64,000 nt of DNA from an uncultured candidate division Zixibacteria bacterium (lineage in GTDB: Bacteria > Zixibacteria > MSB-5A5 > GN15 > FEB-12), in NCBI GenBank assembly GCA_963735035.1, contig CAVTJJ010000004.1:480001-544000 (forward strand), given 5' to 3'. Below, piece after piece: positions 31,654 to 42,339 of the stretch. Below the pieces are notes generated by a model, which was not told the origin of the DNA, ran no database searches, and was given only the letters and a program-made list of their open reading frames with translations. Made by a program: the position numbers and the translations under genes. How positions within the stretch are numbered: the first letter of the stretch is position 1; each line of letters starts with the position of its first letter.

Positions 31654-32757
31654 TTAGGCGTAGTCTGCCGGACGAATGGGTAGTCGACGGCCACCCCAGG
31701 CACCCGGTTTAGGGTCGAAATGGCCCGCGCACAAGGCCTGGCATTTCGGGCAATGTCCGTCCGGACCGATCCCCCAGGCTAATAGATGGTACCAATCGCG
31801 CTCAATCAGATTCGTGCCGCATTGGTGGCAATGCGTGACACCGCCGGAAAGATCGTCGACGTTTCCGGTGTAAGCAAAACGAACCCCATTGCCAATCGCG
31901 ATCTGTCGCGCCCGCGCCAGCGTGGACGGCGGAGTCGGCAGATGATCCATCATCTTCCAGTCGGGGTGAAACGCCGAGAAGTGCATCGGTACGTCCGGCC
32001 CCAGTTCCTTGACCACCCACTTCGTCATGGCATCGAGCTCGTCTTCGGAATCATTCTCACCCGGTATGATCAGGTTGGTGAGTTCGAGCCAGACTCCGGT
32101 CTCACGTCGCAAATAGACGAGCGTATCCAGAACCGGTTGCAGGTGTCCGCCGCAGAGTTTGTGATAGAAGCGTTCGGTGAACGCCTTAAGATCGACATTG
32201 GCGGCGTCCATGACCGCGAAGAATTCGCGCCCGGCCTCGGGCGTTACATACCCGGACGTTACCGCGACCGTTTTGATTCCCGCCTCCCGACAAGCTGCAG
32301 CGACATCAACCGCGTATTCGAGAAAGACCACCGGGTCGTTGTAGGTGAACGCCACCGAGCGACAGCCGAGCGCTTTGGCGGCGTGAGCGATCATCGCGGG
32401 CGTAGCTTCTTCGGCCGCCCGGTCCCAGTCGCGCGAGGTACTGATATCCCAGTTCTGGCAGAACTTGCATTTGAGGTTGCAGCCCGCGGTTCCGAACGAG
32501 AGTACCGCGCTGCCGGGATAGAAATGATAAAGCGGTTTTTTTTCGATCGGGTCGACGCAAAAACCGCTGGACCGTCCGTAGGTCGTCAACACCAGCCGCC
32601 CGCCCTGGTGCATGCGCACGAAGCAGACGCCTCGCTGACCCTCTTTCAATTGACATAGACGGGGACACAGGTCGCAACGGATATGGCCGTCGTCGAGACG
32701 CGACCAATATCTGGCTTCGACCAGATGCCTGTCGACTGTGCCTTCTGTTCCATCCAT
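31654..32757 (-). CDS. amrS: AmmeMemoRadiSam system radical SAM enzyme
   Basis: CDLCPRLC, DPIEKKPLYHF, GCNLKCKFCQN (CxxxCxxC), AFTYNDP, YTGNV. Confidence 0.92.
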   Translation of the reverse strand: MDGTEGTVDRHLVEARYWSRLDDGHIRCDLCPRLCQLKEGQRGVCFVRMHQGGRLVLTTYGRSSGFCVDPIEKKPLYHFYPGSAVLSFGTAGCNLKCKFCQNWDISTSRDWDRAAEEATPAMIAHAAKALGCRSVAFTYNDPVVFLEYAVDVAAACREAGIKTVAVTSGYVTPEAGREFFAVMDAANVDLKAFTERFYHKLCGGHLQPVLDTLVYLRRETGVWLELTNLIIPGENDSEDELDAMTKWVVKELGPDVPMHFSAFHPDWKMMDHLPTPPSTLARARQIAIGNGVRFAYTGNVDDLSGGVTHCHQCGTNLIERDWYHLLAWGIGPDGHCPKCQALCAGHFDPKPGAWGGRRLPIRPADYA

Positions 32758-32905
32758 ACAGATAGACCTCCTGGGCGCAATCGGCGCCGGCCGGACAGGG
32801 TGTAAGTCCGGCCTATCGTACGCCTTATGATATACGATTCTGGGGCTGCGGGTCAACAATTCTGTGTGGGGGTGAAAATGGTGGGGTACCGGATCAGAAA
32901 CAAGA

Positions 32906-33332
32906 CGGCCGAATGGCCGTCACCCCCGAGGCGTCGGGGGTCCAGTCAAGATCGCTGTGAAGAGAGTGTATGTATCACGAAAGATGCTCGAAACAAGACT
33001 CTTATTGAACACTCGCTCCGGTGAACATCCATCTTGACTGGGTTCCTGCCTTCGCAGGAATGACAGGACTTGCGTCCTGTTTCAGAGCGGACCAGCCCAC
33101 CGCAAGCTGCGGGATACACAAGTTCGCTGCAACGCCAGCGGCCGAATGGCCGTCACCCCCGAGGCGTCGGGGGTCCAGTCAAGATCGCTGTGAAGAGAGT
33201 GTATGTATCACGAAAGATGCTCGAAACAAGACTCTTATTGAACACTCGCTCCGGTGAACATCCATCTTGACTGGGTTCCTGCCTTCGCAGGAATGACAGG
33301 ACTTGCGTCCTGTTTCAGAGCGGACCAGCCCA
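32906..33332. repeat. Second tandem pair of the same palindromic unit (233-bp period)
   Basis: Copies start at 32906 and 33139; same orientation as 31208/31428. Confidence 0.85.
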
Positions 33333-33579
33333 TCGCAGCGTCAGAGAACCGGCAGATGTGGACCCGCCGCGGCGGGCCGGGCACGTTGTACGCGGCCGAA
33401 TCTAATCCCACCGCAAGCGGTGAGGCACCAGGCTCTGACACAACGACATGCGGGGAGTTTTGCAACACTCCCCAAGCAGTGGGGTACCTGGAAATTCCTG
33501 CGGAACTTTGCCGCGTCCCGATTTGTTTGATGGACTATATGGAGTCACAAAGTCCAAGATCGTTCTAAAAGGAGCTTAG

Positions 33580-33960
33580 ATGAAAACGTACCTATTCACC
33601 GTCCCAATCGCCCCGGGCAAGACTGAAGCCTGGAAGAAGTACATGGAAGAAATAAGCGGCCCTCGAAACGAAGAATATCGGAATTCTCGGAAGAGAGCCG
33701 GCATCAGGACCGAGCAGGTCTACCTGCAGTCAACTCCGCATGGCGACGTGTGCGTCGTCATGCTGGGAGGAGACAATCCCCAGAAATCTCTTGAGACGTT
33801 TATGACGTCCCATGATCCCTTCGACAAGTGGTTCAGAGAGAAGGTAATGGTCGAAGCCCATGGCCTCGACTTATCCCAGCCGATGCCGCAGAATAAGCAT
33901 TTCGTCGATTACCATGAGACCCCAATCCGGGAATACGCCGACACCAAGAAGAATCATTAG
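33580..33960 (+). CDS. Hypothetical protein (small alpha/beta type)
   Basis: AAGGAG RBS, 126-aa ORF, followed by a terminator. Confidence 0.75.
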   Translation: MKTYLFTVPIAPGKTEAWKKYMEEISGPRNEEYRNSRKRAGIRTEQVYLQSTPHGDVCVVMLGGDNPQKSLETFMTSHDPFDKWFREKVMVEAHGLDLSQPMPQNKHFVDYHETPIREYADTKKNH

Positions 33961-33992
33961 GCTAATCAGCCTGCGCTGAGAGCCGCACGTGC

Positions 33993-34024
33993 AAACCCAG
34001 GCCACTAGTTGGCCTGGGTTTTTT
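33993..34024 (+). terminator. Intrinsic terminator
   Basis: AACCCAGGCCA-CTAGT-TGGCCTGGGTT followed by TTTT. Confidence 0.75.
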
Positions 34025-34402
34025 AATGTGAGCATTTTCCGTTGGGTGGGGTACCGAAGATGGCGTGCCGTACGAGCCGGCAGATGTGGACATCTGCCGG
34101 GCACGTGGACGGGCAGCCGAGTCTAATCCCAACGCAAGCGGTGGGGCACCCGGCTGCCGCTTAGGGCTAACTTTCGAAGATGACATGAGGGATAGGGCTG
34201 GAGAAGATTAGTAGATTTCATTTCTCTTGTGCAGTACTCAGGCATGGCTGTCGCGAGTGGTCATGGGTGCCCGACCAGGTCGGGCATGACGGGGCTAGGC
34301 GCTCTGTTTCAGAGCAGACCAACCCACTGCAAAATCAGCGAACCGGCAGATGTGGACATCTGCCGGGCACTTTGAGCGTCCATCAGCGCAGAGGGTGGGG
34401 CA

Positions 34403-34441
34403 CAAAAAAAACAACCCCCCGGAGTGATCCGGGGGGCTGTC
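34403..34441 (-). terminator. Intrinsic terminator of GEVED-dockerin copy A
   Basis: GACAGCCCCCCGGA-TCAC-TCCGGGGGGTTG followed by a T run on the minus strand. Confidence 0.8.
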
Positions 34442-34503
34442 GAGTCAAAACCTTCCGGTTCTGAATCTGATCCGGCAGTGGTCTGCCGGGAAATCAAAAC
34501 AGC

Positions 34504-37282
34504 TTACATGCAGTTCAAGGTACCGCCGCGATAAGCAGCGTCGGCCAGAGCGATAATGTCAGCAATGGTGATCGCACCGTCGCCGTCAATGTCGCCTCTC
34601 TGCCAGAGGTCAGGAGCCGGGCCTGAACCGAAGTAGTAAGCGCGCAGGAAAGCGATGTCGTCGGCATTCAGGGAGCCGTCGATGTTAAAGTCACCGCATT
34701 CCAGGTTAGCAACGATGAGGGTATAGTCCTCAACTTCGCCCCAGGTCTTGGAACCGCAAGCAGCGTTGCCGCCGTCAGCGGCGTTCGCCAGACGGACACG
34801 CATACGGGTCGCACCAGAGGCGCCTTCACCCGGAAGCGCGGCAGTCATCGGAACGTCCAACGTGCAAACCACGTCCGGCCCAATACGGGTCAGGCGGGTG
34901 CGTTCGCCGGTTTCAGTCTGGTTGGCAGCGAGACCAGAGTTCTGGTTCCAGTCCACCCAAACGTCACAGGAGTCGCCGGTACCAAGAGCACCGCCACCCT
35001 GACGCCCGTAACGAGCGGTGAGGGTGTACGGGAAGCCACGGTAGACCTTAGCAGTCAAGGCGGTGAAGTCCTGGAAGCCATGGCAGCCGGTCGGAGCAGC
35101 CGGGTTGACCAAATCAGAGATGGTAACACGGTCGATCCAGGTTGAGCCGGCAACCGGCGGACAGGAGTTCACGTTGGCGGTCGCACCGCAGTACACGCAA
35201 GCGGCCTGCGTAGCTATGAAGTTGATCTGGAAATCCATCCACACATCCGGGTTGTTGCCGAGGAAATACATGCACTCGGCAAAGTAGTAGTCACCCGGAA
35301 TCAGGGAGAGGAACATCCAGTAGCGTTGAGTGTCGTCAACAGCCGGTGTGGAACCATAAGCCTGGCAACGAGCGGCTGAGTAGCCTCTGCCGTTGGCAGC
35401 GAACTGCACGTAGGCACCCGAGCACGGGCAACCGGTGAAGATCGGAGCGTAGGCATACGGCGGGTTGTAGTTGTAACGCGCACCGTTGGCTGTTCCGCAG
35501 AAGTTGACTTCCAGCGTATCAGCGCAGAACGGCAAGTTTACAGCGTACCACACGTTTTGTTCACCAATGACACCGTTGAGGGTCGGGAGACAATCCCAGC
35601 TTGACCAACGGTTGTTCTGGCCCGGATACTGCAACAATACACGATTCGAAAGAACGGCCGGAACCAGGGGAGCGCAGGCGTCATTGGACGGACGAATCGA
35701 AGTCGGGAAGACTTCGCAATTGATGTAGAATACACCCATACCAAAGGCATTACAATCGCCGTAGGTCGGGTCGCCTTCGATGAACCAGCCGGCAATACGG
35801 ATCAAGAACTTATCGCCAGCCTGGAACGGTATTTCACCGAAGGACGGGCCACCGCCAGTACCGCCGCAGCCATCGTCGCTGCAGCCGCCGGCGAGGGTTT
35901 CTCTCGGGCTCGCGGTCAGACAATCGGTACCAGCATACACCCACAGTTTGTTGTCGGTTTCGCCGGAACACATGTCGAACCGGGCGTATCCAGCCGCGTC
36001 AGCTTCCCAAACGTACCATACGTCGGCGCAGACTTCGGAAGGATTAGCCGGGGAACACAGATCGACACCAGGGCCGTCACGAGTGGCGCCGAGGTTATGT
36101 CCAAAGACATCACCGGTGGCACCGACGCCCAAATTGATAGCATTAGCACAGTCATCGTTGGCAGCGGGAGCGGTTCCCACTTTACGGTCAACGTGCCCTT
36201 GAGCAGTTCACCGATGCGGACGCAGAGCGCCAGGGCGTGAGAAGTGCCGGCAACCTTTACGAAAGTAGCGGAGAGTCGGTCCTTGCGTAGCGCAGAGGGC
36301 GCCGTTCACCGGCGGATAGGGGCCACACGCCGTAGGCACCAAGCCCACAAGCCGGCCAGCCAATCGTGGTAACGACCGCTCGGGTAGCCGGGCTGGGAAC
36401 CAACGGCACAGTACCGTCGTCGCAGAGTGAAAGTGTACTGACCATTCACCGGAGCGGTGAAATTCCAGTACCGGCTCTGGCTTCCGGAACGCTGCCAATC
36501 TAGGTGCCGTTACCATCGGAGCGACGGACAAGTCCACCGGATAGGTGGCACCGATCAAGCTGTCGGCGACCGGGAAGGTGATCTCTTCGACGGAACCGTG
36601 CACAGAGTGCCCGGGAGGACGAGATCAGCAGTCATTTCGTAGTTACCGGCGTCAGCGGGGCTGTAGCCACCGATGACGATGTAATACGTCAAGCCGCCGG
36701 TCACGGGAGCGTTAAGCTCGGAAATGTAACCAGGGCAGGCGTCGTCGTTGCAACCCACCGCAGTGAGACTGACGGACTCTACGACCCAAAGCTTGGTGTC
36801 GTAGTCGGTTCCGGCATTACACAGCGAGAGGGCCAACGTGCCGTACCGGCCGCAGTGTACGAATACACTACGTCCATGGCGCCGTCATAATCACCACAAG
36901 GGGCGATATAGTCGGAATTCGCGGTCATAGTTTCGCCAATGTCCGAGAACGGCATAGCGGCGATAACGGTAGCCGTGGCATAGGTGTCACCGCCACCTTC
37001 GGTGGAAGCAGCAGCCTTAGCAGGAACAGACGTCCGCTCACCCGGCTCGCCGTAACCCGGGAGCATCATTTCCGGGGTATGTGCGGCCTTGAATTCCTTC
37101 TTCGGGGTTATGTCCTTAGAAGGGAGCGGGGCGCTGAGCTGGATGCCACTTTCATCCGTTGTGACGCGCTCAGGTTTCGGATCCACCCTCGCCATCAAGC
37201 CCTGGCTGATAAGCATCGCGCCAAAAGCCAATGCGAGAATGACGAAGACCGAAACAATATAGCTCTTTCTTTGATTGGTCAT
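34504..37282 (-). pseudogene. Secreted GEVED + dockerin protein, copy A, with several indels between about 36180 and 36850
   Basis: Fragments 36779-37282, 36555-36836, 36208-36603 and 34504-36180 are colinear with the intact paralog 38954-41731. Confidence 0.8.
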
Positions 37283-37914
37283 TTCGTTACCTCGTTAAAG
37301 CTTAGACAACTAAATCTGATGTCACTCAGGTCGGACGGGCCGGGGCACCCGCAGGTGCTGTTGTCAGACGGCACTCCATCTGTCTTTACGAGCAGGCCGC
37401 CCTGCAAAGGGGCAGCTTCCAGCACGTAGTTGATGCTGGCGTTTACCGTGGCCATAAGGCCAATACTGACGTAAGAGAAGACATGATGTCCCTCTTGGAT
37501 TACCACTTCCGTCCACCCAGCTGAATCAACCGATGTGGTGGTGCTCCAAGAAATGATGGATTCTGGTGCGTCGGGAGCATGGTTGCTCCTGAAGAGGTTG
37601 GAGTTGTCGACCAATAGAGGGAATGCTCCCAACATCGACAACGAACCATAATCAGGATCAAATTCGTTGCTGTCCACAGGTATTGATCCGATGCTATCCG
37701 ACGAGCCGGAAACCGTCCGGCGAGTCAGCCAATCCGTGTATGAATGACACATTAGTCGTGAAAACATGCATGGTCTCCAACCAGATATCGTACCCGGACC
37801 ATATTCCAAAGCCTCTGACTGGCCGGACCAACCGGTGAAGGCGGTCATGAGGCTAACAGAAGGAGTCTCACCTTGTCTAGGGAATTTTGAGACTGCTGCT
37901 TTGGTCAAGTCCAC
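37279..37914 (-). CDS. Putative leader (upstream) ORF, 211 aa, stop overlaps ATG of copy A
   Basis: Homologous open frame upstream of copy B; ATGA overlap; no recognisable domain. Confidence 0.35.
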   Translation of the reverse strand: MDLTKAAVSKFPRQGETPSVSLMTAFTGWSGQSEALEYGPGTISGWRPCMFSRLMCHSYTDWLTRRTVSGSSDSIGSIPVDSNEFDPDYGSLSMLGAFPLLVDNSNLFRSNHAPDAPESIISWSTTTSVDSAGWTEVVIQEGHHVFSYVSIGLMATVNASINYVLEAAPLQGGLLVKTDGVPSDNSTCGCPGPSDLSDIRFSCLSFNEVTK

Positions 37915-38313
37915 TCGGGCTACTTCCTGGTTTTGGAGTTTCGAGACAGCGCCGAAGCGCCGCTCATATATGTCGTGTTAATTTTCGCTTCCGAACCCAT
38001 AAATAACAGATCGGTCGTTTACGTTTCCTCCAGGTGAGGTCATGTATCTTATCGACACAATCACTCGCTTAAGGTAATGGGCTAGGAAGAAGGAAATTTT
38101 GAAAAGAAGGAACTGCTGAATTCGGCTTCGGACTGCGGGTCTTCTTGTCTGTCTATGAGATCAAACTTCGATCTTACGGACACACAATACTAACACGCCA
38201 ACCATTACCAAGGTTGTGTCGTTAGCAATGAACTCAGATCCTAAAGAGAATTTACGTAGTCGTCGTCAAACCACTTTGGGCTCTCGGGCTCTTCGACAAC
38301 CTGGACACGCTCA
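37283..38313 (-). promoter_or_regulatory. ~1-kb structured 5' leader of copy A
   Basis: Patchy conservation with 41732-42724 and hairpins conserved by position. Confidence 0.6.
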
Positions 38314-38319
38314 GGGGCA

Positions 38320-38347
38320 AAGATAACGTAGTTCCCCGTTTTGTCAA
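38320..38347 (-). promoter_or_regulatory. Promoter TTGACA-N16-TATCTT
   Basis: Hexamers conserved, spacer diverged, relative to 42731-42758. Confidence 0.7.
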
Positions 38348-38427
38348 GGGTAATTCGGTACTTTATTGGAACTTTTTTCCTAATCCAATAGGCAGGCGTC
38401 TTCATCGGCTTCGGCGCCAGGCGAGCG

Positions 38428-38776
38428 GGAGTGTTGAAGAAGCCCCCTTCCTGTCATCGCGAGTCTCGACTGCGCTTCGCGGGCGAGACGTGGCGATCTC
38501 AATTCCGTGGGCGGCAGACCTCCTGGTCTGCCCCGTATGCCGGCCACAACGAGCTTGAGCCTTGTAGGTCAGGCCCACTCGGGGCCTGACATCTTCGCTC
38601 GCCGCGTCAGGCGTCAAGTCCGCCAGACCTACGATTGTTCTGTACCTACTGCTCCGAGTCGGGCAAGCCTTGTAGGTCAGGCCTACTCGGGGCCTGACAT
38701 CTTCGCTCGCCGCGTCAGGCGTCAAGTCCGCCTGACCTACGATTGTTCTATACCTACTTCCCCGAGTCGGGCAAGT
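38428..38776. repeat. REP mosaic including a ~109-bp tandem REP doublet
   Basis: Two copies of GTAGGTCAGGCC...GTCAAGTCCGCC.GACCTAC. Confidence 0.8.
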
Positions 38777-38859
38777 ACTCTCGAAGGGAGGGTCAGCCGG
38801 AGCACCGCCTGCTGAGGGATAATTCCGTGATCCCGTGATCCGGGCGGAGCACCTTTAGG

Positions 38860-38891
38860 AGCAGTCCCCCGGATCTCTCCGGGGGACTGCC
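38860..38891 (-). terminator. Terminator-like hairpin after copy B
   Basis: GCAGTCCCCCGGA-TCTC-TCCGGGGGACTGC, homologous to the copy A terminator but lacking a clear U tract. Confidence 0.55.
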
Positions 38892-38953
38892 GAGTCAGAA
38901 CCTGTTGGTTCCGAATCTGATCCGGCAGAAGTCTGCCGGCAAAACGGAACAGC

Positions 38954-41731
38954 TTACATGCAGTTCAAGGCGCCGCCACGATAGGCCGCGTCGGCCAGAG
39001 CGATAATGTCAGCAATGGTGATATAACCGTCGCCGTCAATGTCACCTCTCTGCCAGTAGTCCGGAGCTGAGCCGGTACCGAAGTAGTAAGCCCGCAGGAA
39101 GGCGATGTCGTCGGCATTCAAGGAGCCGTCGATGTTAAAGTCACCGCATTCCAGGTTGGCAACGATGAGGGTATAGTCCTCAACTTCGCCCCAGGTCTTG
39201 GAACCGCAAGCAGCGTTGGAGCCGTCGGCAGCGTTGGCCAGACGGAGACGCATCAGGGTCGAGCCAGTGGCTCCTTCACCCGGAAGCGCAGCGTCAATCG
39301 GAACGTTCAGGGTGCAGGTCACGTCCGGCCCAATACGGGTCAGGCGGGTCCGCTCGAACGTTTCGGTCTGGTTGGCGCAAAGACCAGAATTCTGGTTCCA
39401 GTCCACCCAAACGTCGCAAGAATCGCCCGGTACCAGAGCTCCGCCACCCTGACGCCCGTAACGAGCGGTGAGGGTGTACTGGAAGCCACGGTAGACCTTG
39501 GCGGTCATCGCGGTGAAGTCCTGCAAGCCATGGCAACCGCTGCCGGGGTTACCGGTAGGCGGGTTGACCAGGTTGGAGATGCTGACCCGGTCAATCCAGG
39601 TCGAGCCGGCAACCGGCGGACAGGAGTTCACGTTGGCGGTCGCAGCGCAGTAAGCGCAGGGGGCCTGGGTGGCTATGAAGTTGATCTGGTAGTCGATGAA
39701 CAACCCAAAGGCAGCGTTGCCTCGGTAGGCCGTACGAGAAACCGGGAAGTAATAATCACCCGGAATCATCTGGAGATACTGCCAGGAGGCGTTGCCGTCA
39801 TGGGTGAGATCGAAGCCGTAGTCCTGACAACGTGCCGTAGACATGATCGATCTGGAGGCGAACAAAGTGACATAAGCACCCGAGCACGGGCACCCGGTCA
39901 TGATCGGTGCGAAGTTATACGGGGCGATAAAGGTGCTTCTGCCACCGTCGATCGTACCGCAGAAGTTCACTTCCAGCGTATCAGCGCAGAACGGCAGCGT
40001 GACCGCATGCCAGGTGTTCTGTTCGTAAATGATGCTGTTGAGGGTCGGGAGACAGTCCCAACCGGCCCAATCGGTGGTCTGATTCGGGATCTGCAGCAAC
40101 ACACGGTTGCTAAGCAGAGTCGGGGTCAGAGCCACGCAATTGTCATTGTACGGGCGGATCGAAGTCGGGAAGACTTCGCAGTTGATGTAGAAAACTCCCA
40201 TACCGTAGGCATTGCAGTCGCCATAGGTCGGGTCGCCTTCAATGTACCATCCGGCAATACGGACTAGGAACCGATCACCAGCGTGGCAAGGCACTTCACC
40301 GAAGGCCGGGCCGCCGCCGACGCCGCAGCCATCATCGCTGCAGCCGCCCTGAAGGGCTTCTCTCGGATTGGCGGTCAGACACTGGTCACCGGCATAAACC
40401 CACAATTTGTTGTCGGTTTCACCGGCGCACATATCGAACCGGGCATAACCATCCGCGTCAGCTTCCCAAACGTACCATACGTCGGCGCAGACTTCGGCAG
40501 GATCAGCCACGGAACACAGATCGATGCCAGGGCCGTCACGGGTGGCGCCGAGGTTATGTCCAAAGACATCACCGGTGGCACCGGCACCGAGATCGACGGC
40601 ATCGGCACAATCATCGTTCGGCAGTGGAAGTGGGCTCCAGGACACAGTCAGGGTTCCGGCAATCGGTTCGCCACCAAAGACTTCAATGGCGATCTCTTTG
40701 CCCGTGCCCGCAACCATGACTGTCTGCAGGACGTTGGGACCCTGGGCAGCGCAATTTGCGCCCCAGTTCGGCGGGTAAGGAGCTACGTCAGACACGCCAA
40801 GTCCACAGACTGGCAAAGTCATGACGATAAAGCTGTTGACCGGGTCAATCGCAACAGCACCGTTATCGCACCAGGAGAACGTATACTGGCCGTTCACCGG
40901 AGCAGTAAAGTTCCAATACCAGGCTCTGGCTCCGTAGCCGGCGAGCCAGGTGCCGTTGTCGATCGGAGAGATAGAAAGATCAGCAGTGTAAGTCGCACCG
41001 TCCAGACTGTCGGCGACCGGGAAGGTGATCTCGAGCGGAACCGTGCACGCAGTGCCCGGGATGACGAGATCGGCAGTCATTTCGTAGTTACCGGCGTCAG
41101 CGGGGCTATAGCCACCGATGACGATGTAATACGTCAAGCCGACGGTCACGGGAGCGTTAAGCTCGGAAATGTATCCGGGGCAAGCGTCGTCGTTGCAGCC
41201 TACCGCGGTGAGCGTGGCGGATTCCACGACCCAGATCTTGGTGTCGTAGTCGGTTCCGGCATTACACAGCGAGAGGGACAACATTCCGGTCGCGGTCGCG
41301 GTATAAGAATACACCACGTCCGGGGCGCCATCGTAGTCACCACAGGGCGCGATATAGTCAGAATTCGCGGTTTCGGTTTCGCCAATGTCGGAATACGGCA
41401 TGGCGGCAATAAGGGTAGCCGTGGCATACGTGTCACCGCCACCTTCGGTGGAAGCGGCCGCCTTAGCAGCGTTAGTCCTCCGCTGGCCAGATGGACTCTG
41501 GAACTCTGGAAGCAGGTCCGGAGTCTTCGGGGCCTTGGTCGCCTTCTTCAGGTTTACACCATCAGAAGGGAGCGGGGCGCTAAGCTGGATGCCATCGTCA
41601 TCCACTACTGCAGCGCGCTCTAGTTTCTGATCCCCTCTCGCCATTACGCCTTGGCTGATAAACATCGCGCCAAAAGCCAATGCGAGAATGACGAAGACCG
41701 AAACAATATAGCTCTTTCTTTGATTGGTCAT
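38954..41731 (-). CDS. Secreted Cys-rich surface protein with GEVED domain and C-terminal dockerin type I repeat (copy B, 925 aa)
   Basis: Signal peptide; NDDC/NDNC modules; MRLRL...WGEVEDY; GDFNIDGSLNADD...GDIDGDGYITIADI. Confidence 0.88.
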   Translation of the reverse strand: MTNQRKSYIVSVFVILALAFGAMFISQGVMARGDQKLERAAVVDDDGIQLSAPLPSDGVNLKKATKAPKTPDLLPEFQSPSGQRRTNAAKAAASTEGGGDTYATATLIAAMPYSDIGETETANSDYIAPCGDYDGAPDVVYSYTATATGMLSLSLCNAGTDYDTKIWVVESATLTAVGCNDDACPGYISELNAPVTVGLTYYIVIGGYSPADAGNYEMTADLVIPGTACTVPLEITFPVADSLDGATYTADLSISPIDNGTWLAGYGARAWYWNFTAPVNGQYTFSWCDNGAVAIDPVNSFIVMTLPVCGLGVSDVAPYPPNWGANCAAQGPNVLQTVMVAGTGKEIAIEVFGGEPIAGTLTVSWSPLPLPNDDCADAVDLGAGATGDVFGHNLGATRDGPGIDLCSVADPAEVCADVWYVWEADADGYARFDMCAGETDNKLWVYAGDQCLTANPREALQGGCSDDGCGVGGGPAFGEVPCHAGDRFLVRIAGWYIEGDPTYGDCNAYGMGVFYINCEVFPTSIRPYNDNCVALTPTLLSNRVLLQIPNQTTDWAGWDCLPTLNSIIYEQNTWHAVTLPFCADTLEVNFCGTIDGGRSTFIAPYNFAPIMTGCPCSGAYVTLFASRSIMSTARCQDYGFDLTHDGNASWQYLQMIPGDYYFPVSRTAYRGNAAFGLFIDYQINFIATQAPCAYCAATANVNSCPPVAGSTWIDRVSISNLVNPPTGNPGSGCHGLQDFTAMTAKVYRGFQYTLTARYGRQGGGALVPGDSCDVWVDWNQNSGLCANQTETFERTRLTRIGPDVTCTLNVPIDAALPGEGATGSTLMRLRLANAADGSNAACGSKTWGEVEDYTLIVANLECGDFNIDGSLNADDIAFLRAYYFGTGSAPDYWQRGDIDGDGYITIADIIALADAAYRGGALNCM

Positions 41732-42339
41732 TTCGTTACCTCGTTAAAGCTTAGACAACTAAATCTGCTGTCATTCACGCCGGACGGGCCGGGGCACCCG
41801 CAGGTGCTGTTGTCGGACAAAATTCTACCCCATTGCCTGAGCCGACCGCCCCGAGGCGGGGTGGTCTCCAACATGTAGTCGATGCTGGTGTTTACCGTGG
41901 CCTTGCGGCCAAAAGAGACGATAGAGAGGCTTCGAAGCCCCTCTTGGATTACCGCTTCCGTCCACCCAGCTGTATCAACCGGGTTGGAAGTGCTCCGGAA
42001 AAGGGCAGATTCTGGTGCGTCGAGAGCCCGGCTGTTCCTGAACCGACCAGTGCTGCCGACCAAACAAGGGAATAATCCCAACATCGACAACAGAGCCGGA
42101 GCAGGCTTGCGGCCAGTGCTCCCCTTCGAACCGGGACTCATCCAACGGTTCGACCAATCCTCAATTGAATGACGCGTTAGTCGCGAAAACGAATGTTGTC
42201 TCCACCCAGAAAGTTGGCCCGGACTATATGCCGGAGCCTCTGATTTGCCGGACCTACTATTAATAGTGGTCATGAGGCAATCAGCCGGAGCCTCGAGTTG
42301 TCTAGGGAATTTTGAGACTGCTACTCTGGTCAAGTCCAT
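41728..42339 (-). CDS. Putative leader (upstream) ORF, 203 aa, stop overlaps ATG of copy B
   Basis: Homolog of 37279-37914. Confidence 0.35.
   Translation of the reverse strand: MDLTRVAVSKFPRQLEAPADCLMTTINSRSGKSEAPAYSPGQLSGWRQHSFSRLTRHSIEDWSNRWMSPGSKGSTGRKPAPALLSMLGLFPCLVGSTGRFRNSRALDAPESALFRSTSNPVDTAGWTEAVIQEGLRSLSIVSFGRKATVNTSIDYMLETTPPRGGRLRQWGRILSDNSTCGCPGPSGVNDSRFSCLSFNEVTK

Noticed and set aside
31208..33332. CRISPR array or integron attC cassettes
   Set aside because: Units are over 200 bp with conserved interiors and no unique spacers; no cas or intI gene; no clear attC core sites
33021..33568. Short repeated ORFs (MNIHLDWVPAFAGMT...)
   Set aside because: Translations of the palindromic repeat, not independent genes
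34504..41731. Diversity-generating retroelement acting on the paralogs
   Set aside because: No reverse transcriptase in the window, and differences are not adenine-specific template/variable repeat mismatches
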